64,000 bases of DNA. Origin: a virus. Lineage: Duplodnaviria; Caudoviricetes. Of the stretch, positions 55,670-64,000 are shown piece after piece (position 1 is the first letter of the stretch; every line of letters begins with the position of its first letter). Below the pieces are notes generated by a model that was given only the letters and a program-made list of their open reading frames with translations, had not been told where the DNA came from and searched no databases. The position numbers were made by a program, and so were the translations under genes. The DNA lies in the IMG/VR virus record IMGVR_UViG_3300042397_003635. One strand, 5' to 3'.

Positions 55670-56155
55670 TTATCTTACAGGTTCAGGTCCTGTTGAGTAG
55701 AGGATAACACATACACTCCAGTCCTTGGTTTCAATTCGGCTATAACCAAATCTAACTTCAGTAAATTGACTGACTCCTCTAGTCATAATATCCCAATGTT
55801 TATCACTAAGTTTAAAATAGTAGATTGCAGATTTGGTTGAAGCTGGAATACCTGTATAGTTAGGATCCCCAGCCCAGCACACTTCATAGATTCCTAGGCC
55901 TGCATCTCCAAACTTTTCTGCACGTTTCATTGGAGTCCTGGTTTGAGGACGATCCTCTTCATAGTGGCCAGCCTTTTTACCAGAAATTAGATAGTTTGCA
56001 TGAAGTGCAGCAGCTGAATCTAGTTTAGAGGTTCTGGTTACCTTTGTAGATGGAGCAATTAGACCTCTAACGAGGGTATAAACTGAATCCCTTTGAACCT
56101 GTGCAGTTGCAGCAGAACCAGTTGCAATAAGAATTAAGATTATCAGCTTCTTCAT
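55670..56155 (-). CDS. Exported CAP/SCP-domain protein
   Basis: SPI then Q; LDSAAALHANYL...GHYE...RAEK..IYEV...SDKHWDIM. Confidence 0.7.
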   Translation of the reverse strand: MKKLIILILIATGSAATAQVQRDSVYTLVRGLIAPSTKVTRTSKLDSAAALHANYLISGKKAGHYEEDRPQTRTPMKRAEKFGDAGLGIYEVCWAGDPNYTGIPASTKSAIYYFKLSDKHWDIMTRGVSQFTEVRFGYSRIETKDWSVCVILYSTGPEPVR

Positions 56156-56248
56156 ATAGTTAATATACAAAAGAATACGTTATTTGATTTAGTATATTAA
56201 AAAATAATAATTGGTATATTAATTATAGTAACAATAGTATAGAGATTT

Positions 56249-56812
56249 ATGAAAAGGTTAATTATTTCTTCTGTATTTGCACTATTATCAACTGGTGCAT
56301 ATACTCAATCTGGAACTCCGATAAGCGTTACGGAAGATAAAGAGTTATCTAAATATGTATTCAATCATATTAATAACTATCGATCAACTCTACCTGAAAA
56401 ACCTTTTATTTGGACAGAATTCTGGTATAGCTCAGCCAAGAGGTGGAATAATGAAGTTTCAAAAAATGGTAATTGGGGCCACAATCGAGGAAAGGAGTGG
56501 GAAGACTTTAGAGGACAGGAAATGATTGTAGCTGTTCCAATTTTATCTGAAGCAGAAGATAATTACCAATATATTGCAGAGACTGCCCTAACCAAATGGT
56601 TACAATCTAAATATCATGTTAGTGGAATTGTTGCACCAAGACAAGAAAAGGTTGGCGATACTGCAACTGTTCAGTTTGGAGATGCTCAAGTTACTGGAGT
56701 ATTGTTATGTAGGTACGGAGCTATCTCTGTAAATATAATAAAATACCCTAACTACAAAATCGCATATATCGTTTTCCAGTTAGGGTATTATGGGAACAGT
56801 AGTGGTCTTTAG
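56249..56812 (+). CDS. Exported CAP/SCP-domain protein
   Basis: SPI then Q; VFNHINNYR...WGHN..QEMI...KWLQSKYH. Confidence 0.65.
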   Translation: MKRLIISSVFALLSTGAYTQSGTPISVTEDKELSKYVFNHINNYRSTLPEKPFIWTEFWYSSAKRWNNEVSKNGNWGHNRGKEWEDFRGQEMIVAVPILSEAEDNYQYIAETALTKWLQSKYHVSGIVAPRQEKVGDTATVQFGDAQVTGVLLCRYGAISVNIIKYPNYKIAYIVFQLGYYGNSSGL

Positions 56813-58005
56813 GAGTTTTTTCCTTGAGGATTTGTAATTGCTGTCCAGGCGCTTAGAGTTCTAGTTGAGTCCAATCCAGTAGTTTGCTTAGGTTTTGATA
56901 AAATAGTGTCTAACTCAGTTTTAGTGAAAAGCTCAGCAGGTTTGCCTACTTTTTCAACGGTTACTGTAAGTTTAGCATACTGTGCATCATCTCCACCATT
57001 TTGAATAACTGCTTTAGTTGTTGTAGGAACGCCTAATCCTTTTAATTTTGATACAATTGCGTCAGCTCTACCAAATGCTAATGTTGCATTTCCAGATTCG
57101 CCCGCAGTCTTTGGAAAATACTGAGTACCTGCTGGATGGTTTGCTGGATAACCGCTTTTTCCATCTGCTGCTTTACGATCACCGGATGCACTAGCCTCAA
57201 CTTGAATTGTTTTAATTTTAGTACTTTTATCGGCCAATAGTGCTTGTAATTCAGCAATTGCTGAATCTAATTCTTTAGTATTAGATAAGGTAGTTTTTCC
57301 AGTTTCAAACATTGTACCAGGTAATGCCTTAACAATAGTTTTTCCAGTTGCTGGAACTTCCCAAGTGGTAGTCGTTGCAACTTCTTTAGACACAGCTGAC
57401 GTTGTAGCCTTAGTTCCATACAATTTAAATTTAAATCCTGTTACAGGTTTTTCCCAGGTTAGAGTACCTTCTGGACTTACTTCTAAGATTACTCCACCTC
57501 CGGGTAAACCACCCTTTTGATATTTTATTCGATACGCAATTTCAGATAAAGATTTATTATTGCAATATAGTGCAATATTCTCATATTTTGAAGCTTGATC
57601 AGGATTTCCTGGATCGCTTATTAACTCATTTGTGAAAACTCCAGTTGTAAGAACTTCGGTAGGCTTTTCTGGGTGGGGCATTAGTTTAATATCTCCACTT
57701 TTATTAATCCATGTAGCTGGAGTTAAATCAGTAATAGTTTGTTTAATACCAATAAACAAATTAGTTAAAATTGCAGCAGCGTGTTCAGGGGTGACTGAGA
57801 AAACTATGCCGTTTCTTATTAAAATCGATTTAATTTTTTCATAATTTAAATTGTCTTCTCCTCCAAAATATTGCCGTAATCCTTCGTACATGCCGTCTGA
57901 GTCAAAGGCCTGCGTGATGTAACTCATTTCTATATCTCCATGAGGACCAAATTCATTGATTGCTTGAGACTGCAACCAAGATTCAAATAGTTTAATTGTT
58001 GCCAT
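56809..58005 (-). CDS. CTS-like N-terminus plus degenerate OmpA-C-like domain
   Basis: MATIKLFESW...INE; MFETGKTTL...IQVEASAS...GNATLAFGRADAIVSKL. Confidence 0.68.
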   Translation of the reverse strand: MATIKLFESWLQSQAINEFGPHGDIEMSYITQAFDSDGMYEGLRQYFGGEDNLNYEKIKSILIRNGIVFSVTPEHAAAILTNLFIGIKQTITDLTPATWINKSGDIKLMPHPEKPTEVLTTGVFTNELISDPGNPDQASKYENIALYCNNKSLSEIAYRIKYQKGGLPGGGVILEVSPEGTLTWEKPVTGFKFKLYGTKATTSAVSKEVATTTTWEVPATGKTIVKALPGTMFETGKTTLSNTKELDSAIAELQALLADKSTKIKTIQVEASASGDRKAADGKSGYPANHPAGTQYFPKTAGESGNATLAFGRADAIVSKLKGLGVPTTTKAVIQNGGDDAQYAKLTVTVEKVGKPAELFTKTELDTILSKPKQTTGLDSTRTLSAWTAITNPQGKNS

Positions 58006-58079
58006 TTTAAAATTGTTAAATTTATTTGTAGTTATTTATCTTGTACTAAAAGCTATGATTTAGTTAATTGATCTTAGCC

Positions 58080-59048
58080 TTAACTTCCATGGCCTAACGC
58101 CTTGGCTAGTGCTGCTTTATTGGCTGCACTGACGCCGACCGCACCCTTCGGTAACATCCGTACTGGCTGTTTTACTGCAGTTGCATCTTGAGCCGATCGA
58201 CTAAAGTCTGTGTTATGAATTGGCATTTTTAAATATGAACCAAAGTTAGAACCAGTATTAGATGAATAAAAAGAATTAAAGGTTGCAGCTGTTTGTTTGA
58301 CCGTATTGTGTATAACCTGTGCTGATTGATTTACGGCAGCATCTGTTGCAAAAACAGTTACTAGGCCTTTACCGCCTGCCTTTGTAATAAGCTCAGCAAG
58401 CTCTCCACTCAGTGGCTGTGACCCTGCTCCAGATGGATTTAATCTAGCTAATAGTTCTAAAAAGGTTTTAATATAACCGGGTAGAGTTTGAGTTATAAAT
58501 CTCCTAAGCCAACCAAGGACATCAGTTATTCCAAGTCTTCCACTTAACCATGAAATAACTTGACCAAATCTTGATTGAGATAGAGTTGTTATAACATTTC
58601 CGATAACCCTAAGCGCACTGTTTTTGAGTGCAATAATACCATCACCCACACTACGAGCAGCCAAGCGAGCCGCGGCAATTGTAGTTGGTGAGGCTCCACC
58701 CCTAAGAGCAGTAAAAATTTGATTGAGTCCAGTCTTAAGCGTGGTTACTATATTAAGCGGATCAAATATTGCAACAAATTGAATAAGTCCACTGAGCGAA
58801 AGTTTAATAATATCATTGAGTTGAGTCTTTGCATTTTTAAAACTAGCCTCAACAAAATAGGAAAGCATGTTAATAACATCAATTACCATACCCGAACCTG
58901 GAACAACCACATCGGCAACTGCTGCTGAAATATCACCAATTGCATGTAGAACCGTTGAAAGATCAAGATCAAATTCAAAGATTGGCACGGCTCCCGGACT
59001 AAGTTGACCGGTTGCACACCACTCTTCATATAGCATAAGGTGTTTCAT
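58080..59048 (-). CDS. CTS-like N-terminus, amphipathic/hydrophobic helical protein
   Basis: MKHLMLYEEW; IGDISAAVADVVVPGSGMVIDVINMLSYFVEA resembles pre-toxin TG-like helices. Confidence 0.7.
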   Translation of the reverse strand: MKHLMLYEEWCATGQLSPGAVPIFEFDLDLSTVLHAIGDISAAVADVVVPGSGMVIDVINMLSYFVEASFKNAKTQLNDIIKLSLSGLIQFVAIFDPLNIVTTLKTGLNQIFTALRGGASPTTIAAARLAARSVGDGIIALKNSALRVIGNVITTLSQSRFGQVISWLSGRLGITDVLGWLRRFITQTLPGYIKTFLELLARLNPSGAGSQPLSGELAELITKAGGKGLVTVFATDAAVNQSAQVIHNTVKQTAATFNSFYSSNTGSNFGSYLKMPIHNTDFSRSAQDATAVKQPVRMLPKGAVGVSAANKAALAKALGHGS

Positions 59049-59383
59049 CGGGTTAATTCGCTAATTGATTTAAGAATATCATTAATTGTTTGGATTTTAC
59101 CGCTCTTTACTCTTGCCTTAAGTTCCTTTTCTAATTGAGCAAATGAGGCTCCACTCTTATCGGCTTTGCGAATTGCATCAATGCCTTCATCAACAAGATT
59201 AAGAAGGTCCGCTTCTTCAAGTTTTTGTTTGCCACCAACCCGCTTTGCGATATTTAAGAAAATTTGACGTAGACCAGCAAAACCAATTATAGCAAGTGCA
59301 ATTGCTGCTTGAAGAGTTATTTCATAACCTTCATTAATTTGGCTAGTCTCCCTCCAGCTATTAAAGTTATTTACGTGTTTCAT
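59045..59383 (-). CDS. CTS-like N-terminus, single TM helix
   Basis: MKHVNNFNSW...INE; AAIALAIIGFAGL. Confidence 0.7.
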   Translation of the reverse strand: MKHVNNFNSWRETSQINEGYEITLQAAIALAIIGFAGLRQIFLNIAKRVGGKQKLEEADLLNLVDEGIDAIRKADKSGASFAQLEKELKARVKSGKIQTINDILKSISELTR

Positions 59384-59399
59384 ATACTTTATTTATTTC

Positions 59400-60272
59400 C
59401 TAGAAGCCGGTGCCGATTGAAAAAAGAATAGGGTTACTCTTTTTAAAACCTTGACTGTTTTTTTCAATTGTACTATTAAATCTTAAACCGCTATTTAAGA
59501 TAAAGTTTTTTCCTATTTTCCAATCTGCCTGTATACCATAATAGGCATCCAAATTAAAATCTGCTAGGTAACTAATATTAAGAGTACCATCACTAAATGA
59601 CCTGTGAATATCACTAACTAAAATAATTTGTGGTGAAAGGGTCACCCGTTTCTTTTTAATTGGATAAGAATAGACAATCATGGCACGGGTTGTCAGCTGT
59701 CTAGATGGTGGCATTATCGGATAGATGTTAGCGACCCAATTACCCAGCGAATCAACTGTGTATTCGCCTTGCCATGGGCCTTCCCACTCGCCCCAAAATG
59801 TTTGGCTTGCAGTTAAGTTATAGCCAATTGTGCCAAATCTATGGGTCTTAATCATATCAATAAATGATACATTAATATTTTTCTGAAAATCAAAATCAAA
59901 CGAACCAACTACCTGTAGAGTTGTGCTACGCCAATCGCTCTTTCGGGTAAGGCCATAACCTATGCCATAATATTTCCAGCCTGGATTAATTGATAGGATT
60001 CCAGCATGATTCCACTCCCCACTAGTCGAAGCCCTGTTAAGGGTTAAGTTAAGTGTAGTTGATACCTTACGACCCACAACACCAAGCGAAAGATCTGAAG
60101 TATTTAGGACGTCCTTTGAAAAATCAATATAGGCTTGAGTTGTTCCCAATCCCAACCATTGAGAGTTAAATTCAAATAGTTCTTGTGGTGTCAGCTTTAG
60201 GGTATCGGCTGGGGTTTGTGCGGTTGCGGCTAGGCCAGTCACCAATAGTAGTATGGTTAATAAAGTTTTCAT
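59400..60272 (-). CDS. Exported outer-membrane beta-barrel-like protein
   Basis: SPI then Q; alternating strands, terminal FSIGTGF. Confidence 0.7.
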   Translation of the reverse strand: MKTLLTILLLVTGLAATAQTPADTLKLTPQELFEFNSQWLGLGTTQAYIDFSKDVLNTSDLSLGVVGRKVSTTLNLTLNRASTSGEWNHAGILSINPGWKYYGIGYGLTRKSDWRSTTLQVVGSFDFDFQKNINVSFIDMIKTHRFGTIGYNLTASQTFWGEWEGPWQGEYTVDSLGNWVANIYPIMPPSRQLTTRAMIVYSYPIKKKRVTLSPQIILVSDIHRSFSDGTLNISYLADFNLDAYYGIQADWKIGKNFILNSGLRFNSTIEKNSQGFKKSNPILFSIGTGF

Positions 60273-60278
60273 AATAGT

Positions 60279-60716
60279 TTATAATCTTGAACCTAATTCA
60301 TTAAATGCGCCAGTTGCAATAGCTCGGCCATCTGCAACTGCTTGTGACCAACGATCCTTAACCAAGAATCCATTTGACAAATAGTTGTCTAGATAATTAT
60401 GGATTGGACAGCCTCGACCAGTTTGTTCCTGCCACCAACTATCTAATTCGATAAAGGCTTCTTCTGGTCCAGCAATAGCAACTGTTTGTGCAATTGGCTG
60501 GGTCCTCGATCTAAATACTTTAACAACAAGTACAACCAATCCAAGCTCAACCAACTTTTCTTTAAACTCTGCTTCATCGACTAGGCCACTTAGGAGTTTA
60601 CCATGCAGATCAATGCGTTTAGTTGTAATACCACCTTCACCAAGACCTAGATCTTGAAGCCTTTGCCAAGTAGCAAAGGAAAATGATTCGGATATAGTAT
60701 GGCGATTAATCAACAC
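60279..60716 (-). CDS. Hypothetical protein
   Basis: RLQDLGL motif shared with 60706-61380. Confidence 0.65.
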   Translation of the reverse strand: MLINRHTISESFSFATWQRLQDLGLGEGGITTKRIDLHGKLLSGLVDEAEFKEKLVELGLVVLVVKVFRSRTQPIAQTVAIAGPEEAFIELDSWWQEQTGRGCPIHNYLDNYLSNGFLVKDRWSQAVADGRAIATGAFNELGSRL

Positions 60717-61380
60717 GGCGCTCGCTAAATAATTGGTCTATCTTTTGTACAACTTTCCAAGGATCGCTTGAGTCAATTGACTCTTCCCTTACTGGATCCT
60801 TGCTTGAGTGCCACAAGATTCGTAGAGTACCAGGCTCTGCACCATAGTCGCTAACTGTAAAGTTATAGTAGTTAGGATATTTCTTTTGGTGACGAGCTCC
60901 CATTCGCGAAAGATAAGTCGACTCTGCTTCCCAACGTACCAATTCAATATTAAGAGAGCCGTCCGCTGATTTGCTCCACTTCCAGCGTCTGCGTTGAATA
61001 AGATCCTCAACCGCATTTAGGGCTGAGTCAGCAAGACCCAAGTCCTCTAGTCGGCGCTTGTCAATATGTTGCTTTTGAATCTGATCCCACTGTTCGGGGT
61101 CAAAGCCCTCATTTTTCTTTAATTGACGTTTAACCTCTTCACGAACCTTTTCCATTTTTTTGGCATAGGCTGGATTATCTCCACGATTAAAGACAATTTG
61201 CTGGTTTAGGGAACCAGTAATTTTACGCATATCACCCTTACGGCTAGAGATAAGCCACTTTGCTAGGGCCTTGATTCCAAGATCGCGGAATCGGCCATTG
61301 GCATCGGGTGCATCTGAGTCTTTCCACTCTGGGCGCCTTGCCTCATTAATCCAAGCTGTGAATGTTTTAATTGAAGACAT
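60706..61380 (-). CDS. Hypothetical protein with CTS-like N-terminus
   Basis: MSSIKTFTAWINEA; internal RLEDLGL. Confidence 0.72.
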   Translation of the reverse strand: MSSIKTFTAWINEARRPEWKDSDAPDANGRFRDLGIKALAKWLISSRKGDMRKITGSLNQQIVFNRGDNPAYAKKMEKVREEVKRQLKKNEGFDPEQWDQIQKQHIDKRRLEDLGLADSALNAVEDLIQRRRWKWSKSADGSLNIELVRWEAESTYLSRMGARHQKKYPNYYNFTVSDYGAEPGTLRILWHSSKDPVREESIDSSDPWKVVQKIDQLFSERRVD

Positions 61381-61387
61381 ATTCTAT

Positions 61388-61780
61388 TTAGATTTTTGTA
61401 AATTTAACACCAACTCCTAGGGTAGTATGGTCAACTGATTTACCATTAGCAAGATCAGGTAAGATTTTGGTTAGATCGTCATACTCTACCGTATATGGAT
61501 CAACGCCGCCCTGTACAGTACGACCAATTTGCATGCCGCCGTCTCCTAATTTCTTAAGCCAATTAAAATTAATTGCATATTGGTTATTAAGAGCAACTCC
61601 AATTATTTTGTAATTAAATACTTTGCCAGCACCGTTCTTAACTGCAATTGCATTGCCGCCTTTGTCCGCTGCCTTTGAAATAGTAGCCTTTACTGGATTT
61701 GCCCAGCTAATTGACCCTGGTCCAGGTACAGCTACATCAGCATCTTCCCGTAACCAACCTTCAAACAATTTTACCCACAT
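61388..61780 (-). CDS. Hypothetical protein with CTS-like N-terminus
   Basis: MWVKLFEGWLRE; GATAAATA at 61804-61811. Confidence 0.7.
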   Translation of the reverse strand: MWVKLFEGWLREDADVAVPGPGSISWANPVKATISKAADKGGNAIAVKNGAGKVFNYKIIGVALNNQYAINFNWLKKLGDGGMQIGRTVQGGVDPYTVEYDDLTKILPDLANGKSVDHTTLGVGVKFTKI

Positions 61781-61846
61781 AATAGAATTAGTCTATTTCT
61801 TATTATTTATCCCCCAAATAAATAGCTATAACAAGACCATTATACT

Positions 61847-62476
61847 ATGAATCATAACTATTACTATATCCTCTTAGGAAAAAAGGCAGGTGGACCGGGT
61901 ACCCAACCCACATCTAACTGTTCGGACTCTCTACAATTTAGATACTATTCAATTAATACTCCAGCTGGCCAAAGTGGCGATTGGTATTATGGTATATCGG
62001 ATCCAGATCCTGCGCTTGCCTGGTCAGGTCTGGTCTTTGGCGGAATCGTTGAGGTATGGGCTTCAACTCAAGTCCTAGAGGTCGGTACAAAACTCTATAC
62101 GGACCAAGCCCAAACCCAAGAAATAAGGGCAGTAGATGACGGTGCGCAATTCAGGATAGAGGCAAATCTCTTTACCTATAAGGTTGGGCTTGGTATTATG
62201 GCGATTACCCAAATGGCTGAACCCCCTGATATTCAAATCAGGATGAGCGGACCGGAGCCTGGTTCCTGTGCCCTAAGCGGACCCTATACCCAAACCGTAT
62301 GGGTTGCCAGGGACCTGTGGCAGCAAGTTGACCGGGTATGGCTAGACCCTGCCCTAACCCAGCCCTATGTAGGCGGTGATAACTGGTACTATGCTGATGA
62401 TACTACTATTCCAGCAGCCGGTACAACCTTACAGATTAATAACTGCGGTTGGGTTATTGGCTTCTATGCTTGCTAG
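61847..62476 (+). CDS. Hypothetical protein with an internal duplication
   Basis: Two V......V...LYTD/WLD...TQ repeats; divergent from upstream block. Confidence 0.6.
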   Translation: MNHNYYYILLGKKAGGPGTQPTSNCSDSLQFRYYSINTPAGQSGDWYYGISDPDPALAWSGLVFGGIVEVWASTQVLEVGTKLYTDQAQTQEIRAVDDGAQFRIEANLFTYKVGLGIMAITQMAEPPDIQIRMSGPEPGSCALSGPYTQTVWVARDLWQQVDRVWLDPALTQPYVGGDNWYYADDTTIPAAGTTLQINNCGWVIGFYAC

Positions 62477-62652
62477 TTCTAGGCTTTTTTCCGCCTCTAA
62501 ACTTCGAGGGGCGGCTCTTTACCTATAATATGGGTACTGGTATCTAGACTACTCTTATTTCTATAGATACTATCTCTACTTATATTAATAATAGAAAGAA
62601 CAAGCCTAACCCTATACCAGCCAGTCTAGACTCTTCTCTATATTATACCTAT

Positions 62653-62807
62653 CTCTATATAGACCAGACCCTACCAGACCGGGACTACGGAGTACTCTAT
62701 ATAGACCAGACCCCAGCCAGCCAGTATACCTATAACCGGGACTACGGAGTGCCGCCTGCCAGCCGACCCAAAGGAGTCCACTTGGTCCAGCTTAAGGACT
62801 ACGGAGT
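62653..62807. repeat. Cluster of direct repeats (19-mer x2, 12-16-mer x3)
   Basis: CTCTATATAGACCAGACCC at 62653 and 62695; ACCGGGACTACGGAGT at 62678 and 62735; GGACTACGGAGT at 62796. Confidence 0.85.
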
Positions 62808-62937
62808 GGTGCGTCTCTTCGTCGGGGCCCGCTACGGAAATCCTCGGGGTCGGGCGACCGCAGGAGAATCGGACATTAGGTAGAAGCTTGTAGACACCGG
62901 GCGCCAGGCTGTCTACTAGTCTGGTATAAATAACCTT

Positions 62938-63573
62938 ATGAAGAAGCAAGACATACCCCAGCCAGACTCTATACCTACTGGCAGTCTGGTATCGCGAAAG
63001 ATCGCAGCCCAGAGACTAGGTGTAACCTTAAGAACACTAGACCGCTATATAGAGCAGGGTAAGCTAAGTCCCTATAAGAACAGGGTTAATGGTAGACTCT
63101 ATATAGACTCAGACCAGATACTCTATCTACTAGGGAGTAGGGTACCCCAAGACCGGTTGGTTATAATATATTGTAGAACGGCCCCCATTCCGGACTCTGG
63201 AGCCTCGGGAATCTCCAGCGCGACTCGTCTCAAGGAGCAGGTAGACAGGGTACAGGGCTATTGTACGGCTAGGGGAATCCGGGTCGATGAGGTAATCCAA
63301 GAGGTACGTCGCGCGAATAGACTAGATGATAATGCACCGGGCTTGAATAAGATTATGGATTTAGTTGTACGCAAGAAGGTCAGTACCCTGATAATAGAGA
63401 CCCCAGACAGGCTTGCTCGTTTTCTTGCTTGGGATATACTCGAACGTGTCCTTATCTATCATGGTGTAGATGTACATATAATCCAGCCCAAGGTCGGGCG
63501 GCAGGAATTCGTCGACGAAATAAAGGAAGAATTAGTAGATATAATAGCTAGCGCCAAGGAGCTCGGCATATAA
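62938..63573 (+). CDS. IS607-family TnpA-like serine recombinase (MerR HTH plus resolvase), probably catalytically degenerate
   Basis: AAQRLGVTLRTLDRY HTH; EQV..V..YC; DRLARF; catalytic YARVS reads YCRTA; no tnpB downstream. Confidence 0.78.
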   Translation: MKKQDIPQPDSIPTGSLVSRKIAAQRLGVTLRTLDRYIEQGKLSPYKNRVNGRLYIDSDQILYLLGSRVPQDRLVIIYCRTAPIPDSGASGISSATRLKEQVDRVQGYCTARGIRVDEVIQEVRRANRLDDNAPGLNKIMDLVVRKKVSTLIIETPDRLARFLAWDILERVLIYHGVDVHIIQPKVGRQEFVDEIKEELVDIIASAKELGI

Positions 63574-63929
63574 TTAAAAACTTTAATATAGAGCAGAGTA
63601 GTATAGACCATTAGTCCACCTCCCCTAGAGAGAGGTAGGTCGGAGTATACTCTCCTGGATCTCTATGCGGGGTCCAGCCCTGGTCGGAGTTCTTGTCCTT
63701 ATACCTATAGCTAATATACCACTTTTCCATGACACTGGACAATTTTTTTAAATAAAGTTATTAACAATTTCCCGGGCCTCTATTAGGCGGACATTTCTCC
63801 AGGGGCCGGGGATCCCCACGGAGCGGGGTGCGTAAAAATACCTATGCCCCGTCGGCATGGCCCAGGGGTTTGGGCCTATTTCTATTATACCTATTTCTAA
63901 TAAATAATTGCAAATAACCCGGTCTAGAT

Positions 63930-64000
63930 ATGGCAGCAAAGAAAGGCGCTACCGCTGGAACCCCCTTCCGAGTAAAGGTAAAGAAGGTTGGCAAAGCGAA
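63930..64000 (+). CDS. Possible basic protein, partial (runs off window)
   Basis: MAAKKGATAGTPFRVKVKKVGKA..; AATAAATA about 25 nt upstream. Confidence 0.35.
   Translation, partial: MAAKKGATAGTPFRVKVKKVGKA

Noticed and set aside
62938-63573. Active IS607 insertion sequence
   Set aside because: No tnpB, no identifiable ends, and catalytic motifs altered.
62671-63939. Minus-strand ORFs 62671-62949 and 63748-63939
   Set aside because: They overlap the repeat or non-coding GC-rich region, have no recognisable motifs and oppose local gene orientation; likely spurious.

Overview
A 64 kb segment of a large T4-like (jumbo/huge) dsDNA phage genome in genetic code 11, with nearly all genes on the minus strand until a strand switch at about 61.8 kb. 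The host is very probably Bacteroidota: one protein has a T9SS C-terminal domain, ten SPI signal peptides are followed by Gln, and there are boxA-like GTTCTTTGAC leaders. Contents: a lysis region (GH19 endolysin, holin-like proteins); 25 tRNAs covering all 20 amino acids, 19 of them in one cluster at 19.8-25.1 kb; an ~850-nt GOLLD-like RNA and several unexplained structured RNAs inside that cluster; RNA-repair enzymes; split type II topoisomerase; auxiliary metabolic genes (guaB-like, prs, mazG, speD, mgsA, SulP, TonB-dependent receptor, clpP, trxA); a 10-kb cassette of exported envelope proteins (CsgG-like, T9SS cargo with cohesin/dockerin-like modules, C-type lectin); about 15 unrelated proteins sharing a T4-capsid-targeting-like N-terminus; and a degenerate IS607-type recombinase beside direct repeats. 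Most striking is an apparent translational attenuator heading the tRNA cluster. Its 32-codon leader peptide uses exactly the 18 amino acids whose tRNAs lie downstream and lacks Leu and Pro, whose tRNAs are encoded elsewhere. All calls come from reading motifs by eye; no database searches or folding programs were run.
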